DNA from: Alistipes sp.
GTDB taxonomy: Bacteria > Bacteroidota > Bacteroidia > Bacteroidales > Rikenellaceae
Reading direction: 5' to 3'
Assembly (NCBI GenBank): GCA_045654925.1
Contig: JAZOOI010000024.1
Location: forward strand, 1,552 to 65,551
Length of the DNA: 64,000 nt
The notes beneath the pieces were generated by a model. That model was not told where the DNA came from and did not search any database. It was given only the letters and a program-made list of their open reading frames with translations. Position numbers and translations under genes: made by a program. Shown in pieces: positions 1-6,714 of the stretch. Numbering within the stretch: position 1 is the stretch's first letter; every line of letters starts with the position of its first letter.

Positions 1-1434
1 GGTCACACCAAGGGCAATGAGGAAGCCACCCACTGCGGTGACGAACCATCCCATGATTACGGTCATAACGCCTGTGATGCGATATACGGCGCTCTCGCGG
101 CCCCATGCTCTATCGGCCAACGACGAACCCATAGATACCATGAAGACAACATATGTTGTTGATAGTGGCAACTTGAGCTGTGTACCTATAGAGATGAGGA
201 TTGCTGCTGCTGTGAGGTTCACCGTAGCACGTATAAGGTCGTAGTTTACATCGCCACGCTCCTCGGCGCTCAGAGGGATAAACCTATCGTCGATGAACTG
301 GCTTACTCTTCTTGGTGTGATTGCCTCCACAGCGCTACTCATACGGCGTGCAGCACGCACGATGCCTCGTGATATTGGCGATGCCTCGGCATTGATGCTC
401 GATGTCTCATCCTGTGATGATAGCTTACGCTCGGTCTCGATTACGCGCATTGCCTTCTTCGAGGTGAAGAGGGTGATTACCATCACGGCACCCGCAGCAC
501 ACATGATGAAGAAGTTGGCGGTTGTTGGGTTGGCAAGGCTCGACATAGACTCGGGTGCTGAGCCAGCCTCCTGGGCAATCATATATGAGTCGTAACCAGC
601 ATATGGCACACCGATGAAGTTAACAAGGTCGTTACCCGCAAATGCCAATGCCAACGAGAAGGTACCCGCAAGGATAGATACTCGCAAGATGTTGACCTTG
701 AAACGCTGCAATATGAAGAGTATTGCCGAGCTTCCTGCCCACAATATTACGAGTGCCAAGAAAGTGTTCTCGTTCACAAAGTTGGTAATATCGGCGGGGA
801 TAAGTCCCGAGCTCTTGAGACCCTTGAATACCGTGAAGAAGATGATGCCGGCGAGGGTGATACCGCACCATAGAGCACCATAGCGGTTGAAAATCTTGTT
901 GTAGCGGAACGAGAAGATGATGCGCGATATGTACATCAGAAGGTGTCCTGTGAAGAATGCGAGCACCACCGATAGCAAGATACCCGATACGATACCGAGG
1001 GCATTAGCCGAGTTGATGTAGTCGCTTATGGCATAGGCTGAGTCGCCACCCCAGACGTTGTATAGCGCGAGGGCGAGTGCCGAGCCGAGCAAGCCGAAGA
1101 CCAACGATACGGTGGTTGATGTTGGCAGACCAAGGGTGTTGTATATATCCAGGAGGATGATGTTCGAGAGCATCATACCGAGGAATAGCACCATAATCTC
1201 TTCGTAGCTAAATAGTTCGGGGTAGAAGACACCGCTACGTGCTACATCCATCATGCCGCTCGAGGTCATCACGCCGACCATGACGCCGATGGCTGCCACG
1301 CTGAGGATTACATTTTTCTTGGCTACCTTTGAGCCAAAGGCCGAATTCAAGAAGTTGACCGCATCGTTGGAGACACCAACGATGATACCCATTACTGCAA
1401 GAAGTGCAAGGGTTATGACTATAAACAGGTCCAT
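1..1434 (-). CDS. PiT family inorganic phosphate transporter (partial, runs off left edge; not in ORF track)
   Basis: Manual translation from ATG at 1434 gives MDLFIVITLALLAVMGIIVGVSNDAVNFLNSAFGSKVA, with a PiT-type GxND-A-N signature; hydrophobic; LGLPTSTT motif further in. Confidence 0.85.
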   Translation of the reverse strand, partial: MDLFIVITLALLAVMGIIVGVSNDAVNFLNSAFGSKVAKKNVILSVAAIGVMVGVMTSSGMMDVARSGVFYPELFSYEEIMVLFLGMMLSNIILLDIYNTLGLPTSTTVSLVFGLLGSALALALYNVWGGDSAYAISDYINSANALGIVSGILLSVVLAFFTGHLLMYISRIIFSFRYNKIFNRYGALWCGITLAGIIFFTVFKGLKSSGLIPADITNFVNENTFLALVILWAGSSAILFILQRFKVNILRVSILAGTFSLALAFAGNDLVNFIGVPYAGYDSYMIAQEAGSAPESMSSLANPTTANFFIMCAAGAVMVITLFTSKKAMRVIETERKLSSQDETSSINAEASPISRGIVRAARRMSSAVEAITPRRVSQFIDDRFIPLSAEERGDVNYDLIRATVNLTAAAILISIGTQLKLPLSTTYVVFMVSMGSSLADRAWGRESAVYRITGVMTVIMGWFVTAVGGFLIALGVT

Positions 1435-1454
1435 AAAAATAGAATTTGTTTGGG

Positions 1455-1534
1455 CAAATATAGCATATAATTGTTACAAACCTGTTACAAAAATGTAATA
1501 TTGTTACAATTTATGCTCCTTCCACCTCGTTACA
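1455..1534. promoter_or_regulatory. Minus-strand -7 box for pit plus direct-repeat operator (Pho-box-like)
   Basis: TATATTTG on the minus strand at 1455-1462. TGTTACA at 1472 and 1483 and TGTAATA at 1494 (11-bp period); further copies at 1502 and ~1528. Confidence 0.65.
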
Positions 1535-1573
1535 ATATAAACATAAGTGTGTATGTAAAAAGTGGCTCGCAAA

Positions 1574-1605
1574 TTTGCTTATTCAACTATTTTTGACTAA
1601 ATTTG
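1574..1605 (+). promoter_or_regulatory. Bacteroidetes housekeeping promoter (-33 TTTG / -7 TAnnTTTG)
   Basis: TTTG at 1574-1577, 20-bp spacer, TAAATTTG at 1598-1605, upstream of the response regulator. Confidence 0.7.
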
Positions 1606-1630
1606 CATCTATTGAAGTGAAATACTGCTT

Positions 1631-2329
1631 ATGACTAACTATCGTATTTTGGTTGTCGACGACGAGGAGTCGTTGTGCGAGATATTGAAGTTTAACCTTG
1701 AGCGTGAGGGTTATAGTGTCGATGTTGCCTATAGCGCCGAGGAGGCTTTAGCTATGGATATCTCCTCCTATGACCTTGCTATATTGGATGTTATGATGGA
1801 CGAGCTCAGTGGCTTTGGCCTTGCTCGCATCCTCCGTAAGCGCCCTAATACGGCATCCTTGCCCATAATCTTCTGCTCGGCATTGGATGGTGTGGACGAT
1901 AAACTTAAGGGTTTCGATATCGGTGCCGACGACTATATTGCTAAGCCATTCTCCGTTGCGGAGGTCATCGCTCGTGTGCGTAGTGTGTTGCGTCGCACAT
2001 CGCAGCGTAAGCCCGTGCAGGAGCCTGTGGCCGATAGTGGCGTAATAACATTCGAGGGTCTTGTTGTAAACACCCTAAATAAGACGTGCAGCGTAGATGG
2101 CGTGGAGGTGTCGCTGACGCGCAAGGAGTTCGACATATTGTCGTTGTTGCTGAGCAATAGGGGCACTATACTCTCGCGTGAGCATATCATGCGCCGCGTG
2201 TGGAGCGATGAGGTTGTAGTCCTCGACCGCACCATCGATGTTAATATCACACGCATGCGTAAGAAGTTGGGCGAATATGGATCACACATAATAACACGTA
2301 CAGGATATGGCTATGGATTTGAAGCGTAA
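1631..2329 (+). CDS. OmpR/PhoB family response regulator
   Basis: Receiver motifs ILVVDDE, LDVMM, GADDYIAKPF; winged helix LTRKEFDIL...RTIDVNITRMRKKL...TRTGYGY. Confidence 0.95.
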   Translation: MTNYRILVVDDEESLCEILKFNLEREGYSVDVAYSAEEALAMDISSYDLAILDVMMDELSGFGLARILRKRPNTASLPIIFCSALDGVDDKLKGFDIGADDYIAKPFSVAEVIARVRSVLRRTSQRKPVQEPVADSGVITFEGLVVNTLNKTCSVDGVEVSLTRKEFDILSLLLSNRGTILSREHIMRRVWSDEVVVLDRTIDVNITRMRKKLGEYGSHIITRTGYGYGFEA

Positions 2330-3404
2330 GGTATCACTACGTCGTAGTGGAATGTTTCTACTATTGGCACTGCTTATTATCTCTCTTATAGGCGGCGTAA
2401 TAGTTCATCGTTACTCGTTTGTTAACCGTATATCGGGCCATGAGCACCTCGACGAGGGACTCTTCTATGCTATTATATTGGTTGCGGTGCTTGCCTCGGT
2501 GCTCGCCATAGTCTTGTCTATGCGTTTCAACCGCAATATGCGTAACCTCAAGCGTGTGGCTAACGCCATGGAGGAGGGTCGCGATGTCGAGATTAGGGAC
2601 TTTGCCAACGATGAGCTTGGCGACCTCTCGCGCCATATTATCGACCTCTATGAGCGTCTTCGTCAGGCATCCTCGGATATCGAGTTGGAGCATGACAGGA
2701 CACTACATGAGCAGCAGGAGAAGCTACGCATCAAGCGTCAGCTAACCAACAATATAAACCACGAGCTTAAGACCCCCGTGGCGGCTATCCAGGGTTATCT
2801 CGAGACGATGATTGCCAACCCCGATATGACCGATGAGGAGCGTAAGACATTCATCGAGAAGTGCTATGCCAATAGCCAGCGACTCACGCAGCTGCTCACC
2901 GACGTATCAACCATCACACGCCTGGAGGATGGCAGCAGCCATATAGAATGTGAGAGTGTCGACCTGCGTGGCATCATCGACGAGATAGCTGCCGACGTAG
3001 CCTTGTTGCCCGTCGAGCGCCAGATGCGTGTCAATGTCAACCTCCCCTCGCCAATGCTTGTTAGGGGTAACTCGTCGCTCCTGATGTCGATATTCAAGAA
3101 CCTTACGGATAACGCCTTGGCATACTCGGCAGGCCGCGACATATTCATCAACCTCGAGTCGTCGGACGATAAGTTCTATACCTTCACCTTTGCCGACAAT
3201 GGCATTGGCGTGGACGAGGAGCATATAAACCACCTCTTCGAGCGCTTCTATCGCATCGATAAGGGACGTTCGCGTAAGCTCGGTGGCACAGGCCTCGGCC
3301 TCGCAATTGTCAAGAATGCAGTATTGTTCCATGGCGGTGACATCTCTATTGCCAACCGCCGCACAGGAGGCTTGGAGTTCAAGATTACACTCCCCAAGGC
3401 GTAG
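2307..3404 (+). CDS. PhoR-like sensor histidine kinase
   Basis: Two TM helices, HAMP-like DELGDL, H-box NHELKTP, N-box NLTDNA, G boxes DNGIG / FYRIDKGRSR / GGTGLGLAIVK. Confidence 0.93.
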   Translation: MAMDLKRKVSLRRSGMFLLLALLIISLIGGVIVHRYSFVNRISGHEHLDEGLFYAIILVAVLASVLAIVLSMRFNRNMRNLKRVANAMEEGRDVEIRDFANDELGDLSRHIIDLYERLRQASSDIELEHDRTLHEQQEKLRIKRQLTNNINHELKTPVAAIQGYLETMIANPDMTDEERKTFIEKCYANSQRLTQLLTDVSTITRLEDGSSHIECESVDLRGIIDEIAADVALLPVERQMRVNVNLPSPMLVRGNSSLLMSIFKNLTDNALAYSAGRDIFINLESSDDKFYTFTFADNGIGVDEEHINHLFERFYRIDKGRSRKLGGTGLGLAIVKNAVLFHGGDISIANRRTGGLEFKITLPKA

Positions 3405-3409
3405 TTGTT

Positions 3410-3522
3410 TATGGAGATTAAGGAGTTTAGGGAGTTTAAGGAGGATGTTGTCTGCGCCTCCCTAAATTCCCTAAATTCCCTAACTTCCCTAACGGCCGCT
3501 CTCTCTCTCTAACTTCCTTAAC
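3410..3522. repeat. 9-bp-periodic inverted microrepeat hairpin (TTAGGGAGT/TTAAGGAAG-type), copy 1
   Basis: ttaaggagt-ttagggagt-ttaaggagg ... ccctaaatt-ccctaaatt-ccctaactt-ccctaac, immediately after the kinase stop. Confidence 0.8.
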
Positions 3523-3546
3523 GTCCGCGCCCTCTCCGCACCTTGT

Positions 3547-3670
3547 GAGATGCCCACATTGCTATGCTCCTCGGCATGACGGTGCATACAAGAGTACGTC
3601 ATTGCGAGGAGGGCTCTGCCCGACGTGGCAATCTCTGTGGAGGACCGCTACTAAAGAGAGCGTCATTGCG
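3547..3670. repeat. REP-like palindrome pair (type A 3547-3581, type B 3597-3635) plus truncated type B start at 3661-3670
   Basis: GAGATGCCCAC...CTCGGCATGACG and CGTCATTGCGAGG...CGTGGCAATCTC; reverse-complement copies at 4769-5240 and a same-orientation copy at 45238-45323. Confidence 0.8.
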
Positions 3671-3673
3671 CAG

Positions 3674-4038
3674 CGTTCACCGTTCACCGGTTCATTTTCC
3701 CTATCATAATGAACGAGTGAACGGTGAACGTCCCTCTTCCAGGGGTTATCAGTGTAGTATTGTATATGTGTACACATATCAATATATATATACTCTATCA
3801 TTGATATATACATCTATATATATAGATATATATATTATTATATGTATCAATGTAACGTGTAAACGACCCTTTACGATGACACTGAGGACATACATATCGA
3901 GTACTACGCCCTCTATATCTCTCAAGTTGATATCTATAACTACTATCCATATTGATACTATATTATATGTTATTGATATAATTATTAAGCGTACACCGTT
4001 CATTATGATAGGGAAAATGAACGGGTGAACGGTGAACG
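3674..4038. mobile_element. 365-bp AT-rich segment bounded by 42-bp inverted repeats (MITE-like or origin-like)
   Basis: 3674-3715 (CGTTCACCGTTCACCGGTTCATTTTCCCTATCATAATGAACG) is the reverse complement of 3997-4038 with one mismatch; the interior has long (AT)n-like tracts. Confidence 0.6.
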
Positions 4039-4039
4039 A

Positions 4040-4525
4040 TTACTCCTCTTCACGTAGGAGTTTCATCACAGACGTTTTGCTCTTGTAGCCAAGTGCTTCA
4101 GCAATTTGGCTGTAGCTCATTCCCTCGCTCTTCATCGAGTAGATAAGCTCGTAGCGCTCCAGCTCTTCAGCCTCCTTATCGGGGTTTCGCTCCCTAAGCG
4201 CAGCAAATGGTACACGTGCGCCTGTGGCCTCGAAGTTAAGAGCATATACGACAAATAGATGTGATACATGGGTATCTTTTTGAGTACCTACAATAGATGT
4301 TGACAACAGTCTCTCGAGTAAAATATGGGTGTCTTTTTGAGTACCTACGATAGGTGAAGTGACATAGTGTGCAGGTGACACACGGGTATCTTTTTGAGTA
4401 CCTGCATCATCAGCAAAAACACTATTACAACAAACATCATGGGTATCTTTTTGAGTACCTGTGCATTTGTGGCATTGCGGATTTAAAGGGGTGTAACCCA
4501 CACAGGTACTTTTTTGAGTACCCAC
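4040..4525 (-). pseudogene. ORF/remnant with GTQKDT repeats and C-terminal helix-turn-helix
   Basis: C-terminus ERYELIYSMKSEGMSYSQIAEALGYKSKTSVMKLL is HTH-like. The same frame continues upstream (4538-4786) past one in-frame TGA at 4538-4540. Confidence 0.5.
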
Positions 4526-4750
4526 AACAGATGGTGGTCACTGACTCCGCACAAGGATGTGGGTACCTTTTTGAGTACCTGCATCATCAGCAAAAACACT
4601 GTACGCCCCAATATCTTGGGTATCTTTTTGAGTACCTATGACAAATGGCAGTGACAGAGGGTCGTGCAGAACGCGGGTATCTTTTTGAGTACCCGTGTTA
4701 TCAGTAAAATACTGTACGTCCCAACATCTTGGGTGCTTTTTTGAGTACCT
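4270..4750. repeat. Array of nine 20-bp repeats (consensus GGGTATCTTTTTGAGTACCT) with 36-43 bp spacers; CRISPR-like geometry but not a supported CRISPR
   Basis: Repeat starts 4270, 4327, 4384, 4441, 4504, 4561, 4618, 4675, 4731 (periods 57,57,57,63,57,57,57,56). Confidence 0.9.
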
Positions 4751-4768
4751 ACTATGTAGCTCCCTCGC

Positions 4769-5240
4769 CGTCATGCCGAGGAGCATAGCGACGTGGGCAT
4801 CTCACAGAGGCGTGGACAGAGCGCAGCCGTTAAGGAAGTTAGAGAGTTTAGGGAAGTTAGGGAGAGCGCAGACATCTTCTCCTTAAACTCATTAAGTTCC
4901 TTAAACTTCTTAATTCTCTCTTTGAGATTGCCACGGCTTGTGCCAAGCCTCGCAATGACGGGCTCTTGTATGGCGGCGACCCTCACGTCATGCCGAGGAG
5001 CATAGCGACGTGGGCATCTCACAGAGGCGCGGACAGAGCGCAGCCGTTAAGGAAGTTAGAGAGTTTAGGGAAGTTAAGGATGGCGCAGCCATCTTCTCCT
5101 TAAACTCATTAAGTTCCTTAAGCTCCTTAATTCTCTCTTTGAGATTGCCACGTCGGGCAGAGCCCTCCTCGCAACGACGGGCTCTTGTATGGCGGCGACC
5201 CTCGCCGTCATGCTGAGAAGCGTAGCGACGTGGGCATCTG
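4769..5240. repeat. Tandem ~217-220 bp mosaic unit (REP-A + 9-mer hairpin + REP-B), ~2.2 copies, BIME-like
   Basis: Unit starts CGTCATGCCGAGGAGCATAGCGACGTGGGCATCT at 4769 and 4986, with a diverged copy at 5206; the first two units are near-identical. Confidence 0.9.
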
Positions 5241-5272
5241 TGAGAAAAATTACTCATTACTCACCACGAATT

Positions 5273-5310
5273 AAAAAAGGTGTGCCCCAATCGGAACACA
5301 CCCCTTTTTT
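5273..5310. terminator. Bidirectional intrinsic terminator
   Basis: AAAAAAGGTGTG-loop-CACACCCCTTTTTT, downstream of the minus-strand TPR gene. Confidence 0.7.
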
Positions 5311-5324
5311 AGGCTCGACGATGC

Positions 5325-6680
5325 TTACTTCATCTGCATGTAGAGCTCGTGGTACTTGTTGTACTTATCCATCATGCCGTCCAAGTCACGAACACGGTAG
5401 CACAACTGGTTGAGGTACTCAACAGCTGCGAAGTCTGTTGGGTTTGCCTCGTAAGCCTTCTCCAACCATGGAATAGCCTCCGCGAAGATAAGGTTAATCT
5501 TTGCGTTCTCAACACCATACTGCTCGTAGTCGATATCGGTGTTGCTGTTCAAGGTTGTAAGAGCTGCGTTAGCCTTCTCGATGATGAAGTAGCCAGCGTA
5601 GAAGTTAGGCTCATACTCGTTAGGGCGCAACTCGGCACACTTCATGAACGATGCTACGCACTCGTCGTAGTTCTTCAATGCGTTGTATACGCGGCCACGG
5701 CCAAACCAAAGGTCATAGTTTGTAGGATCATCCTTGAGTGAGTTCTCAATCATCTCAACAAGCTCTGCTGGGTCACCAACACCCTCCTCAGCAGTGTAGA
5801 ACTGCATGAGACCATCGAGGATTGTGGTGTTCTTTGGGTAGAGCTGGATACCTGTGAGCAACGCCTCCTTAGCCTTAGCAAGGTAGAACTCGCGGTCTGC
5901 CTCCTTCTGGCCATAGTAGCAGTGGAAGAGGTAGTAGTAGATGTTACCAGCCTCGTCGGCATAGCCTGTGCTGAGAGCCTTAGAGATAACCTCCTCGCCC
6001 TTCTTGAATGCTGCCTGTGCCTCCTCGCCAGTTGTTGACGATGCGGTGATAGCATACAACATACCAGCGTTGAAGAGTGAGTTAGCATCAGCGCCAAGTG
6101 ATGGAACGATGCTCTGTGCGCGATATGCAAGCTCGAAAGCCTCGGCAGCCTCCTTCACCTTGCCCATGTTGTTGAGGGCGTCGCCCTGCTCCATAAGGCT
6201 GTTTACAAGAGGTGCTGCGCCAGCAGCAATCTTAGACTCCTGCTTAGGGTCCATGGCATATGCCTTCTCGTAAGCCTCGATAGCTGTGATTGCGAGGTTC
6301 TCGGCAACGGCCTTCTTCTGGTTCCAACCCTGGATCATGCCGTTTACGATATATACATCAACATACTCGTAGCAAACGACTACGGCCTGCTGACCAGCGA
6401 ACTCACCGTAGAAGGCGTCGAGTGGCTGACCAACGTTCATCATGAGCACCTGCTCGGGCACACCGCGGCTAAGCTCCTTTGTAGGAACGATGAATGCGTT
6501 AGTGTAGGCGTTAGCATAAGATACCCATGTTGCAGCCTTGGTATTCTTCTTAGGATTGGCAATGTCTGCCTCAGCCTTCTCGAGCTTCTTGAGCTCGGCA
6601 GCGGTGTTTACACGCTGTGCATTTGCTGTTGTTGCTGCAAAGGTGAGCAACGCTACAGCCAAAAATAGTACTTTCTTCAT
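5325..6680 (-). CDS. Secreted tetratricopeptide repeat protein
   Basis: Signal peptide MKKVLFLAVALLTFAATTANAQ; TPR-like helices (AIEAYEKAYAMDP, LWFGRGRVYNALKNYDEC); typical gyrA neighbour in Bacteroidetes. Confidence 0.85.
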   Translation of the reverse strand: MKKVLFLAVALLTFAATTANAQRVNTAAELKKLEKAEADIANPKKNTKAATWVSYANAYTNAFIVPTKELSRGVPEQVLMMNVGQPLDAFYGEFAGQQAVVVCYEYVDVYIVNGMIQGWNQKKAVAENLAITAIEAYEKAYAMDPKQESKIAAGAAPLVNSLMEQGDALNNMGKVKEAAEAFELAYRAQSIVPSLGADANSLFNAGMLYAITASSTTGEEAQAAFKKGEEVISKALSTGYADEAGNIYYYLFHCYYGQKEADREFYLAKAKEALLTGIQLYPKNTTILDGLMQFYTAEEGVGDPAELVEMIENSLKDDPTNYDLWFGRGRVYNALKNYDECVASFMKCAELRPNEYEPNFYAGYFIIEKANAALTTLNSNTDIDYEQYGVENAKINLIFAEAIPWLEKAYEANPTDFAAVEYLNQLCYRVRDLDGMMDKYNKYHELYMQMK

Positions 6681-6714
6681 AACTCTTTTATTTAGTTTTT
6701 TGTTGTTATTCTCT

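Noticed and set aside
17-1498. Plus-strand short ORFs at the window start
   Set aside because: Antisense shadows of the minus-strand PiT transporter.
3562-4028. ORFs 3562-3813, 3564-4028 and 3779-4003
   Set aside because: Low-complexity I/Y-rich translations of REP and (TA)n DNA; not credible proteins.
4270-4750. Canonical CRISPR array
   Set aside because: The repeat is only 20 bp and degenerate in its left half, spacers are homologous to one another, and no cas genes are in the window. Kept as an unexplained array.
4270-4750. TIGR array or DGR template/variable repeats
   Set aside because: The unit is ~57 bp with a single conserved block and no evident box C/D dual-repeat layout. No Nop-domain or reverse transcriptase gene is present, and differences are not adenine-specific.
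4695-5413. Short ORFs across the tandem mosaic
   Set aside because: They are translations of palindromic and 9-mer repeats (e.g. KEVREFREV / SLNSLTSL) that stay open because the period is a multiple of 3.
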